Shown: one piece after another, positions 1-7,601 of the stretch
Layout: every line of letters begins with the position of its first letter
How positions within the stretch are numbered: the first letter of the stretch is position 1
UHGV virus genome: UHGV-0179089
DNA length: 12,237 nucleotides
Source: a virus
Direction: 5' to 3' (one strand)
Notes under the pieces: generated by a model
The model's input: the letters and a program-made list of their open reading frames with translations, nothing else
What the model was told of the DNA's origin: nothing
Databases searched by the model: none
Position numbers and translations under genes: made by a program

Positions 1-801
1 GTCCGTCACGGTACACTCTGTAAAGTCGACCGCCGACAGCTTTGTCGCCGCCAGGTAAGCCCGGTCGATGGGCAGTGTGGCCGTCTCCGGCTCCGGACCG
101 AAGGCTTTTGTCAGCTCCGTGCGGAAGAAGCCGCCCAGCTGCTGCTTCATCAGGGCTTTTTTCTTCTTCTGCGCACGCTGGAATTTTGCCGAGTTTTTCT
201 CTGCAAGGTTGGCAAGTTTCATGGTGACCTGCGCCAGCGTCATATCACGTCCACTCATCGGCGCAACGGTGTGAGTAACGTCTTTTTTATTCAGTAAGAA
301 CTGGAAAGCAACCAGCGTATCGCTATTTGTGATCCGGTTTTCCGCCGTCGGGCTATGAAACAGAATGCTGATAGTCTGACCATCACTGAGCGGAATAATG
401 GCTGGCAGGACCGGCAGCCCGTTAACGTTACGCGCCCGGCCAATTTCAGCGCCGCCGATCGCTCGCGCGCCGCTCTGGGCCACATCACCCGTTTTATCAC
501 TCCCCGCAGAGATTCCTGTACCATTCAACTTCTGGTTCAATGCCCGGACAAATGCCTGCATGGTCCGGTGTAACTGCAAACGAGTAGAACTAATCGCCTC
601 CAGTAAATCCGTAGCACACCAGTGGATCGGCGTGTCATAGAAGAACGTAGCCTCGATTTCCTCCAGCGTGTTGGATTCCGTCATCAGATAGCGGTCCTCA
701 CCGGCCATTAATGCGCGATATTCATCATCAGTCACCGGCGGGGGAAGCACGTCAAGCCCAGGCTTAATCGTCACCCCTTTATTGATATTGAACTGTTCCA
801 T
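1..801 (-). CDS. Hypothetical phage protein, N-terminal 267 aa (start ATG at 801..799; C-terminus beyond left edge). Paralog of the adjacent 203-aa protein; tentatively DarA/Hdf-like (P1 antirestriction/capsid-associated family)
   Basis: Minus-strand frame checked triplet by triplet from 801 to 1 and contains no stop. Shares the motif KNSAKFQ(R/K)..K.K with the next gene. Start lies 1 nt after the stop of the upstream gene (operon-like). DarA/Hdf assignment rests on recalled P1 operon layout, not on sequence identity. Confidence 0.55.
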   Translation of the reverse strand, partial: MEQFNINKGVTIKPGLDVLPPPVTDDEYRALMAGEDRYLMTESNTLEEIEATFFYDTPIHWCATDLLEAISSTRLQLHRTMQAFVRALNQKLNGTGISAGSDKTGDVAQSGARAIGGAEIGRARNVNGLPVLPAIIPLSDGQTISILFHSPTAENRITNSDTLVAFQFLLNKKDVTHTVAPMSGRDMTLAQVTMKLANLAEKNSAKFQRAQKKKKALMKQQLGGFFRTELTKAFGPEPETATLPIDRAYLAATKLSAVDFTECTVTD

Positions 802-802
802 G

Positions 803-1414
803 TTAATTTCCTGCTTTCAGTTGCTTAAGACGGCGTTTGAGTTCGCCATTTCGGGCCTTTTCGTTATTGAGTCGGCCTGTCTCCTTATCCAGCTTCGCCC
901 GCAAATCAGTGATCTGCTGTTGATTGAAAGACACCGAGTTCTGCGCTGATTTATAAGCGGCAACCACCTGAGCATTCCGCTGTTTTGCCTCTTGCAGGCG
1001 CTGAAAGTTGGATTTTACTGCCGGTTTCTTGTCTACCGGATTGGCAACACGTTTCGCTTTGGCGATCAGTGATTTCTGGAATTTTGCGGAGTTTTTGCGG
1101 GCCGCTTGCCCCATGACGGTACCAAGCGTCTTGATATCCGGCGACTGAGCGTTAGGAATAGCTTTTCCATTCAGCCTCACAGACGATATATCGCCAGTAT
1201 CGTTTACCTGTATGGCAAGAATTTGTCCGTCGTTAAGAACCAGCTTTGCGGTTTTAACTTTAACGCCATCTTTCGTTGTTGCGCGGTTGCTGGAGTCAAC
1301 CTCAATTACCGTAACACCGGTTTTATTGATCGCCGCGATAAGGGATTTCAGCCCCTTTTCATTAACCTGGTCAAAATCGACCGTTGCATACTTATTTTTC
1401 GTCATCTGACACAT
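803..1414 (-). CDS. Hypothetical phage protein, 203 aa (probable true start at the ATG 1405..1403, giving 200 aa); tentatively Hdf-like (homolog of DarA fragment)
   Basis: ORF track. An AGGA Shine-Dalgarno sits about 8 nt upstream of the internal ATG at 1405. Lys/Ala/Gln-rich C-terminal half; shares a motif with the partial downstream ORF. Its 5' end overlaps the stop of the 147-aa ORF. Confidence 0.6.
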   Translation of the reverse strand: MCQMTKNKYATVDFDQVNEKGLKSLIAAINKTGVTVIEVDSSNRATTKDGVKVKTAKLVLNDGQILAIQVNDTGDISSVRLNGKAIPNAQSPDIKTLGTVMGQAARKNSAKFQKSLIAKAKRVANPVDKKPAVKSNFQRLQEAKQRNAQVVAAYKSAQNSVSFNQQQITDLRAKLDKETGRLNNEKARNGELKRRLKQLKAGN

Positions 1415-1835
1415 CCTGTGCGAGATTTATTACGTAACTTCTGCGGATTTGCTGAGTAACAGGGAAAATCCGATACAACGGGTTAATGAACGAGTCGCCA
1501 TGCGTAACCATGACGTTGAAATGCCACAGCCGTTCTCCTTTACCCATATATTCAGTGGGTATGTATAACCATTCGCTGTTTTCGCCCTGTTCAGCCGATG
1601 TCAGACAACGTTGCTCGCCTTCAATCACTGTCGTCGGCTTCTGAACATCGCGGATCCAATACCTGACCGTTGCGCCGCGCAAAAAAGGAAATTTGGACCG
1701 GTATTTGAACGGCACCCGGATGAAGCCCGGTTTAATTTCCACTTCGCCAAGCTCTAAATTCGTGATGTCCTTGCGTTTTAGCAAATAGCGATCGGCTAAG
1801 GCTAACGCAAGAGCGCATACACCCCAGCCAATCAT
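1392..1835 (-). CDS. Hypothetical protein, 147 aa, with a hydrophobic N-terminus; possible lysis regulator (size and position resemble P1 LydB, tentative)
   Basis: ORF track. N-terminal hydrophobic stretch MIGWGVCALALALA. Its start overlaps the stop of the 109-aa holin-like gene (ATGA at 1832-1835), suggesting translational coupling. Confidence 0.5.
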   Translation of the reverse strand: MIGWGVCALALALADRYLLKRKDITNLELGEVEIKPGFIRVPFKYRSKFPFLRGATVRYWIRDVQKPTTVIEGEQRCLTSAEQGENSEWLYIPTEYMGKGERLWHFNVMVTHGDSFINPLYRIFPVTQQIRRSYVINLAQDVSDDEK

Positions 1836-2161
1836 TTCCCGCCTCCCTTTTTCACCAAACTTGTAAGAACATTCAGAATGCTATCGATATTCACTCGTTT
1901 CATCCCTGAAATCACCTCATGACCGTTATTGCTGGCTATCGTTACCATTAAGTACGTAATTGATAACTCCCAGCCCTCGTGTTGCCCCAATAGGTACGCC
2001 ACCGCGCCAGCTGTCACTGCAACAAAGATCTCCGTAACCAATCCCAACAAATTGCCAGACTGACGACCGTCTCGGACATCCATCAGGAACGTGCCTATCC
2101 CACCAATTACTGAAAGCAGGAGCGCAATAGCAACTGGAGCTAATTCCTGTGTGTCAAGCAC
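1832..2161 (-). CDS. Small membrane protein, holin-like, 109 aa (GTG start); tentatively LydA-type holin
   Basis: Strong AGGAGGG Shine-Dalgarno 5 nt upstream of the GTG at 2161. Two or three predicted hydrophobic helices and a charged C-terminus (KKGGGK). Paralogous to the 98-aa ORF upstream. Confidence 0.6.
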   Translation of the reverse strand: MLDTQELAPVAIALLLSVIGGIGTFLMDVRDGRQSGNLLGLVTEIFVAVTAGAVAYLLGQHEGWELSITYLMVTIASNNGHEVISGMKRVNIDSILNVLTSLVKKGGGK

Positions 2162-2166
2162 AAGTT

Positions 2167-2188
2167 CCCTCCTACGTTGTCAGGAGGT
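2167..2188 (-). promoter_or_regulatory. Stem-loop that pairs the Shine-Dalgarno of the 109-aa holin-like gene with an upstream anti-SD (mRNA CCUCCU ... AGGAGG)
   Basis: Plus-strand CCTCCT (2168-2173) and AGGAGG (2182-2187) are a perfect 6-bp inverted repeat with an 8-nt loop. On the minus-strand mRNA the downstream arm is the ribosome-binding site. Confidence 0.4.
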
Positions 2189-2228
2189 AATGGTATGCAA
2201 AGTAACTTCTCAACCGGTCATTTGTTGC

Positions 2229-2525
2229 TTAAGAGGCATTTCTATTGAGGTACGAATCGATAAGCCTTTGTAACCTTTCAAGAATGAGCCTGTTATTGAT
2301 GCTGCAAATAAGAGTCACGCAATTCTGAAGACTTTCATCCATCCCCTTATATTCCGCGAAACACATGCCTATAAAGCCTGCAAGTACGGCAGAAATACAC
2401 TCGGCCAACAATTTCCTGCATGACGCTTCGTAACGTTTTTCACGAACCCCATTCAGAAACGAATGCACTCCGCCAAGGATGGATATGAGAATTATTTTTA
2501 AATCAAACATAATAATTTCCCTCAT
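2229..2525 (-). CDS. Small membrane protein, holin-like paralog, 98 aa (probable start at ATG 2510..2508, giving 93 aa)
   Basis: ORF track. GAGG Shine-Dalgarno 9 nt upstream of the internal ATG. Alignable to the 109-aa protein (S-x-[IL]-GG-x-x-x-FL ... AV-x-AG ... VT-[IL]-I-x-S-x-NN). Confidence 0.55.
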   Translation of the reverse strand: MREIIMFDLKIILISILGGVHSFLNGVREKRYEASCRKLLAECISAVLAGFIGMCFAEYKGMDESLQNCVTLICSINNRLILERLQRLIDSYLNRNAS

Positions 2526-2637
2526 GGTGAGTTAAACATCACTGGGAAACGGTATGCACTTTGTGATTTCCACACACACTGGTTTTTGTTAATTAAAATC
2601 CGCAGCTTGCTATAAATAACGATAGTGAGCAGAAAAT
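2526..2637. promoter_or_regulatory. Divergent intergenic region between the holin-like operon (minus) and the invertase (plus); candidate invertase promoter (-35 TTGTTA 2587-2592, -10 TATAAA 2611-2616)
   Basis: 112-bp AT-rich spacer between divergently oriented genes. Hexamers are 18 bp apart and about 20 nt upstream of the invertase ATG. Confidence 0.3.
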
Positions 2638-3198
2638 ATGCTAATAGGCTATGTACGCGTATCAACAAATGAACAAAACACTGCTTTGCAACGAAATGCC
2701 CTTGAAAGCGCAGGATGTGAGCTAATTTTTGAGGATAAGGCGAGCGGCAAAAAGGCTGAACGCCCTGGGTTAAAAAAGGTTCTGCGTATGCTTTCCAGAG
2801 GTGACACCCTGGTCGTATGGAAGTTAGATCGTCTTGGGCGCAGCATGCGTCACTTAGTTGTGCTGGTGGAAGAGCTGCGTGACAGAGGCATTAACTTCCG
2901 GAGTCTCACTGACTCCATCGACACCAGTACACCAATGGGGCGCTTTTTCTTTCACGTAATGGGGGCGCTGGCAGAAATGGAACGCGAACTTATCGTCGAA
3001 CGTACACGCGCTGGGCTTGATGCAGCTCGCGCGGAGGGGCGAATAGGAGGCCGTCGGCCTAAATACCCGGAAGAGACATGGCAGCAAATGCGACGATTGC
3101 TAGAAAATGGCATCCCCCGTAAACAGGTTGCAATCATCTATGATGTGGCTATGTCCACGCTTTATAAAAAGTTTCCGGCATCATCATTTCAATCTTAA
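2638..3198 (+). CDS. Serine-type DNA invertase, Hin/Gin/Cin/Pin family, 186 aa
   Basis: N-terminal catalytic signature [14 protein letters not shown]. Family-conserved blocks [63 protein letters not shown]-terminal helix-turn-helix [21 protein letters not shown]. Confidence 0.95.
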   Translation: MLIGYVRVSTNEQNTALQRNALESAGCELIFEDKASGKKAERPGLKKVLRMLSRGDTLVVWKLDRLGRSMRHLVVLVEELRDRGINFRSLTDSIDTSTPMGRFFFHVMGALAEMERELIVERTRAGLDAARAEGRIGGRRPKYPEETWQQMRRLLENGIPRKQVAIIYDVAMSTLYKKFPASSFQS

Positions 3199-3215
3199 AC
3201 CTTGGTTTAAGAGAA
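3190..3215. other. cix/gix/hix-type 26-bp crossover site for the invertase (CAATCTTAAACC-TT-GGTTTAAGAGAA)
   Basis: Two 12-bp half-sites in inverted orientation around a 2-bp core; the inner 9 bp of each are a perfect dyad (TCTTAAACC / GGTTTAAGA). Overlaps the invertase stop codon (3196-3198) and lies just upstream of the start-less tail-fibre cassette. Confidence 0.75.
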
Positions 3216-3245
3216 CTCGGCACCAGCGGCGAAAAGATCCCCCTG

Positions 3246-5351
3246 TTGAGCACGGCTAACACATGGAGTGCACGCCAGACTTTCAACGGTGGGATCACCG
3301 GTGCGCTGACAGGGAACGCCGATACCGCAACGAAATTAAAAACAGCGCGGAAGATTAACAACGTTTCATTTGACGGTTCGGCGGACATAACGCTGACTCC
3401 TGCGAACCTTGACGTTACCAGCCTGACGTTTATGAAGCACAATGGAATAATCCCAACCACTGACAATCTTGAATCCTATGGTCCAGAAGAAAAATATCTT
3501 GGGACGTGGTCATGCCCGTCACAATCCACTGCAAAACCAGAGTCTGGTTACCCTGAAGATAAAGGAAATGGGGTTCTGGAAGTATTCAATGCTGGTCGCT
3601 TTCACTGCACACAACGCTACACCACCCGAACCGGTAATATTTACATTCGGATGCTTGATGCAGAATGGAACCCAGCCAGTCCAACATGGAGTGCATGGAG
3701 AGTTATTACAAGCGGGACTCGACCATTAAGCACGTCAATTGACCTGAATTCTTTAGGTGGTGCGGAACACCTGGGAATATGGCGCAATAGCAGTACATCA
3801 ATAGCCTCATTTGACCGTCATTTCCCGGAGGAAGGGAGTTTTGGGCAGGGTATTCTGGAAGTCTTTGAAGGCGGTCTGTATGGGAGGATGCAACGTTACA
3901 CCACCCGTAGTGGGACTATGTACATTCGCGGACTGACTGCCTCATGGGATGCAGAAAATCCACAATGGGAGGACTGGATTGCTGTTGGGTATCAGTCCAC
4001 GGGATGGACTTATTCAGGGGATCTTGATGACCTTTTAAAGCCTGGTATTTATAGCGTTACGAAACAGGCCACAAATGCACCTGTCACCGACTCTAAAGAT
4101 CTTGCTGTTGGCTCAATAGTTGAAGTGAAAAAACGTTGTGATATTGAATCGTATATCCAGACATACACGACTGTTTCAGCAACGGATGCCTATAAAAACC
4201 GGACATTTCAGCGAACCCGCGCCAGCGGTGAAACTGACTGGGGGGAATGGGCGGAAGTATACAACTCAAAATCATTACTCACTAAATTAGGTGTCGGCGG
4301 TGTTACCGACAGGTTATCCAGTCTGGACTGGCAGACCTACGACTTTATACCGGGCAGCATGATAACTGTCAGGCTTTCAGATATGACCAATATTCCCGAT
4401 GGGATGGAATGGGGCGTCATTGATACTAACCTGATAAATATCACTGTTGGCCCCAGTGAAGGCGGAGGTGGCGCCCGTTCAATGCATGTATGGCGCAGCA
4501 CTTCAAACAAAACCAACTATCGTTTTTTTACAGTCCGCTTATATGGCAATCCTGGGGAGCGTAGCTTCAATATTCGTCGGCTACCAATTATCGACGAAGC
4601 CCAGACATGGGAGGCAAAACAGACATTCAGTGCAGGCCTTTCTGGTGAACTGTCCGGCAATGCGGCTACAGCAACAAAGCTGAAAACGGCAAGGACAATT
4701 AACGGCGTAAAATTTGACGGCTCGGCAAATATTGAAGCATTTCCGCCAGGTGTTCCGTTGCCGTGGCCATCAGATACACCACCTGCGGGCTATGCAATTA
4801 TGCAGGGGCAGACGTTTGATAAGGCAGCATATCCGAAACTGGCTATAGCCTATCCTTCTGGTGTTATTCCTGATATGCGCGGCTGGACAATCAAGGGCAA
4901 ACCCGCCAGTGGGCGTGCTGTATTGTCACAGGAACAGGACGGGATTAAATCGCATACTCACAGTGCCAGTGCGTCAAATACGGATTTGGGAACGAAAACA
5001 ACCAGTTCGTTTGATTACGGCACGAAGACGGTCAGTACGTTTAATCATGGCACAAAATCAACGAACAATACGGGCAATCATACGCACACTGTCGGTGGTG
5101 TTTATGGCGGCGACTCTGTCGGTGGAAAACAGCGTGTACAGGCTTCAGGAAACAATCAGGTGTCCAGCACCGCCGGAGCGCACGCCCATACGGTGGATAT
5201 TGGTCAGCATAACCACACTGTAGGTATTGGTGCCCATGCACACACTGTGGCCCTGGGTGCGCACGGACACACCATCACGGTAAATGCTACGGGTAATACC
5301 GAAAACACCGTCAAAAACATCGCATTTAACTATATTGTGAGGCTTGCATAA
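3246..5351 (+). CDS. Tail-fibre variable C-terminal cassette (Sv/H-like receptor-binding region) with no start codon of its own; frame is open from 3168, through the crossover site
   Basis: No ATG or GTG between the upstream stop (3165-3167) and the conserved motif; the track start is a TTG. Conserved tail-fibre junction motif [13 protein letters not shown]...FDGSADI. Tail-collar-like block [21 protein letters not shown]. Five C-terminal HxH repeats. Confidence 0.85.
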   Translation: MSTANTWSARQTFNGGITGALTGNADTATKLKTARKINNVSFDGSADITLTPANLDVTSLTFMKHNGIIPTTDNLESYGPEEKYLGTWSCPSQSTAKPESGYPEDKGNGVLEVFNAGRFHCTQRYTTRTGNIYIRMLDAEWNPASPTWSAWRVITSGTRPLSTSIDLNSLGGAEHLGIWRNSSTSIASFDRHFPEEGSFGQGILEVFEGGLYGRMQRYTTRSGTMYIRGLTASWDAENPQWEDWIAVGYQSTGWTYSGDLDDLLKPGIYSVTKQATNAPVTDSKDLAVGSIVEVKKRCDIESYIQTYTTVSATDAYKNRTFQRTRASGETDWGEWAEVYNSKSLLTKLGVGGVTDRLSSLDWQTYDFIPGSMITVRLSDMTNIPDGMEWGVIDTNLINITVGPSEGGGGARSMHVWRSTSNKTNYRFFTVRLYGNPGERSFNIRRLPIIDEAQTWEAKQTFSAGLSGELSGNAATATKLKTARTINGVKFDGSANIEAFPPGVPLPWPSDTPPAGYAIMQGQTFDKAAYPKLAIAYPSGVIPDMRGWTIKGKPASGRAVLSQEQDGIKSHTHSASASNTDLGTKTTSSFDYGTKTVSTFNHGTKSTNNTGNHTHTVGGVYGGDSVGGKQRVQASGNNQVSSTAGAHAHTVDIGQHNHTVGIGAHAHTVALGAHGHTITVNATGNTENTVKNIAFNYIVRLA
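5076..5273 (+). repeat. Five tandem His-x-His repeats (NHTHTV, AHAHTV, QHNHTV, AHAHTV, AHGHTI) in the tail-fibre tip
   Basis: Read directly from the translation of 3246..5351. Resembles the metal-coordinating HxH motifs of T4-type fibre tips (established knowledge). Confidence 0.6.
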
Positions 5352-5929
5352 TGGCTTTCAGAATGAGTGCAGAAGCACAAACTATCCGCGTTTTCAATTT
5401 ACTTGATGGAACCAATGAATTTATTGGTGAAAGTGACGCATATATTCCGCCGCATACAGGTCTGCCTGCAAACAGTACAGATATTGCACCGCCTGATATT
5501 CCTGCTGGTTATGCAGCCGTTTTCAATGCAGATGAAATGAAATGGGAACTGATGGAAGACCATCGCGGAAAGACCGTCTATGAAACGAAAACGGGAGCAG
5601 CCATTTATATTTCTGAACTTGGCGTATTACCTCCAGACGTGACAGCCATTTCCCCGGATGGGGATTATCAGAAATGGAACGGCAATGCGTGGGTGAATGA
5701 TGAGAATGCAGAGCGTGATGCGCTTGTCAGAGCGGCTGACTCTCAGAAGAAAGAGCTGATTGCATATGCAGGTGAAATTATTGCCACGCTGCAGGATGCT
5801 GTCGATTTAGATATGGCTACCGAGGAAGAAAAGTTAAGCCTGACACACTGGAAAAAATACCGTGTGCTACTGAATCGCGTTCAGCCGGAAAATGCCCCGG
5901 ATATTGAATGGCCGAAAATGCCGCAATAA
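5351..5929 (+). CDS. Tail-fibre assembly chaperone (Tfa / Mu U / P2 G family), 192 aa
   Basis: Start overlaps the tail-fibre stop (ATAATG). N-terminal motif [44 protein letters not shown] and C-terminal [11 protein letters not shown]...IEWPKMPQ are typical of this family. Confidence 0.9.
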   Translation: MAFRMSAEAQTIRVFNLLDGTNEFIGESDAYIPPHTGLPANSTDIAPPDIPAGYAAVFNADEMKWELMEDHRGKTVYETKTGAAIYISELGVLPPDVTAISPDGDYQKWNGNAWVNDENAERDALVRAADSQKKELIAYAGEIIATLQDAVDLDMATEEEKLSLTHWKKYRVLLNRVQPENAPDIEWPKMPQ

Positions 5930-6496
5930 ATCGTATTAGAACTGGTGTGAGATTAGTCATCTATGGCACAGAGTAAAACCTAATCTGACAGTCCACTCTG
6001 TGCCAGCAGCAATTGCGTGGCCAAAGGAAACACTGCCAGCACAATCAGGTATTGATATGTCGATGTAGTCCTGAATGGCTGGCAACTCACCTAACCTAAT
6101 GAGCTCCCGTTCAACCGGAACATAAGGTCAATTCTGTTGTATGATTTTTCCCTTTTTGAAAGAATAATAGCGATAAATGACGAATTTTTGGAACCCTGCT
6201 TGTTGCTGAAGATACGTTGTCACAATGGAAGAACGTGACTTACATCGAAGTGATGGGAGTATCCGTCAAGATCTAATACACGAAAATAGAAGTGAAAAGG
6301 TACGCTGCGAGGGCGCTCGCCTGTCCGCTCTGTCTGCGAAGAAATAATTTATTTTAGGCCACCCAAGCGGCTTGTTTAAGATTAGTACTCTTATCTAGAA
6401 AACTCGTAACTGACTTGAATGTATGGTAACATGATAATAACAAGGTTCGAACATCCGCCAATGCAATATACTTAGAACATATAAATTGAATCTGAC

Positions 6497-7378
6497 ATGG
6501 ATAAAAATAAATTGGTTAAATTTTCACTAGTCGAAAACGCCTTGGATTCTATTGAGCTAGGTTTGGAGTATTTTTACGAAGCAAAAAAAGAATTCACGCC
6601 ACGTAAATATAAACAATGCCTAATTAATATGTTTCATGGCTCGGAGTTAATCCTGAAAGAAATATTGAGTAGGATAAATATTATACTCATATTCGACAAA
6701 AACTCTTTATTTAAAATTTGCAAAGATCCTTTAAGTCCTACTGGGGATGAGTTGTATAAATTAAAATCAATAGATATTAATAGCTTATGCGATGAGGTTG
6801 TGAAGCATTATCCGGACGAGTTTAAAGGAAAGCTTAATATTGTCAAGGGCCTAGCTAGAGAAAGAAACAAGATACAGCATTTTGCAATCGAAATATCACC
6901 AGAGATATTATCAAGGTTACTCTCAAGTCTTTACATTGATGTTTTTAAGCCATCCTTTAAAATAATTTTATCTGAGCTTGATTATGTTAATCAATACAAT
7001 TCGCTGATTGAAAGGCAGATTATAGGTGCTGAAAAGACATTTCTTAAAATACAAGGTGATACTGATAACTATTTAGCTCTTTGTCCAAAGTGCGAGAACC
7101 ATTCTCACTTTATATTGTACAAAGGTACGGGTTACCCTGTTGAGACCTATTGTATTTGCTGTGATTATAAAAATACAGATATTGACATATCAGATTATCT
7201 GGTATGTCCTGAATGCGGATTCCCGTCATTGATATTTGATGAAAAAAATAATGCAGGAGTCTGCCTCAACGAGAAGTGTTACTATGGAATACAAGGTGGA
7301 TTCGTAGAAATGGAACCATGTGAAAATTGTGATGGCTTTATTATTGAAGGTTCATGCCCAGAATGTGATACGGATTGA
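6497..7378 (+). CDS. AT-rich cargo gene, hypothetical 293-aa protein: helical N-terminal region with an R-x4-H (HEPN-like) motif plus a C-terminal triple CxxC zinc-ribbon tail; candidate defence or abortive-infection effector
   Basis: Single long ORF in an island much more AT-rich than its flanks. Motif RERNKIQH at aa 121-128. Cys pairs CPKC, CICC, CPEC, CLNEKC, CENC, CPEC between aa 196 and 291. Occupies the slot between tfa and FI where P2 carries Z/fun. Confidence 0.75.
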   Translation: MDKNKLVKFSLVENALDSIELGLEYFYEAKKEFTPRKYKQCLINMFHGSELILKEILSRINIILIFDKNSLFKICKDPLSPTGDELYKLKSIDINSLCDEVVKHYPDEFKGKLNIVKGLARERNKIQHFAIEISPEILSRLLSSLYIDVFKPSFKIILSELDYVNQYNSLIERQIIGAEKTFLKIQGDTDNYLALCPKCENHSHFILYKGTGYPVETYCICCDYKNTDIDISDYLVCPECGFPSLIFDEKNNAGVCLNEKCYYGIQGGFVEMEPCENCDGFIIEGSCPECDTD

Positions 7379-7555
7379 GATTACTCGACGATTGGTGCAA
7401 CTGCATGCTTGCAAAACTCTATGGTGCTAACGGAGTCAATTACTGAATTGTTGTTACCCATTGACGGATAGATTTCGGTTGCTTAACTGTGAATGGAGTA
7501 GCATGACAGAGTTTTTTACCAGTCCGATTAGCTTCTATCAAATAGCAGTTCGGAC

Positions 7556-7584
7556 AGGCGGGCTGATTGCCCGCCTTTTCTTTA
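7556..7584 (+). terminator. Rho-independent terminator downstream of the cargo gene
   Basis: 8-bp GC-rich stem AGGCGGGC/GCCCGCCT with a 5-nt loop, followed directly by TTTTCTTT. Confidence 0.7.
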
Positions 7585-7601
7585 TCTGTTGTTTCATCCC
7601 C

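Noticed and set aside
42-640. Five ORFs of 61-80 aa on both strands (42..227, 68..274, 291..524, 355..573, 398..640)
   Set aside because: All lie inside the open minus-strand frame of the long DarA-like gene (1..801) and in other frames. Their products are Arg/Pro/Ser-rich low-complexity sequences typical of off-frame reading of GC-rich coding DNA.
2649-3137. Minus-strand ORFs overlapping the invertase (2649..2846, 2854..3087, 2952..3137)
   Set aside because: They are antisense to a strongly conserved serine recombinase gene and are spurious.
4540-4610. Second crossover site immediately upstream of the second tail-fibre junction motif
   Set aside because: Looked for an AAACC-NN-GGTTT core near 4540-4610 and elsewhere in the fibre gene; none is present, so the internal module boundary is not an active inversion site.
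3149-5241. Off-frame and antisense ORFs inside the tail-fibre gene (3149..3466 minus, 3469..3729, 4093..4275 minus, 4447..4683, 4861..5223, 5041..5241 minus)
   Set aside because: They overlap the long, motif-rich tail-fibre frame and show no independent coding evidence.
7503-7547. 14-codon mini-ORF (MTEFFTSPISFYQI) between the cargo gene and the terminator
   Set aside because: Too short, no ribosome-binding site, and lies in a 3' UTR-like region; no support as a real gene.
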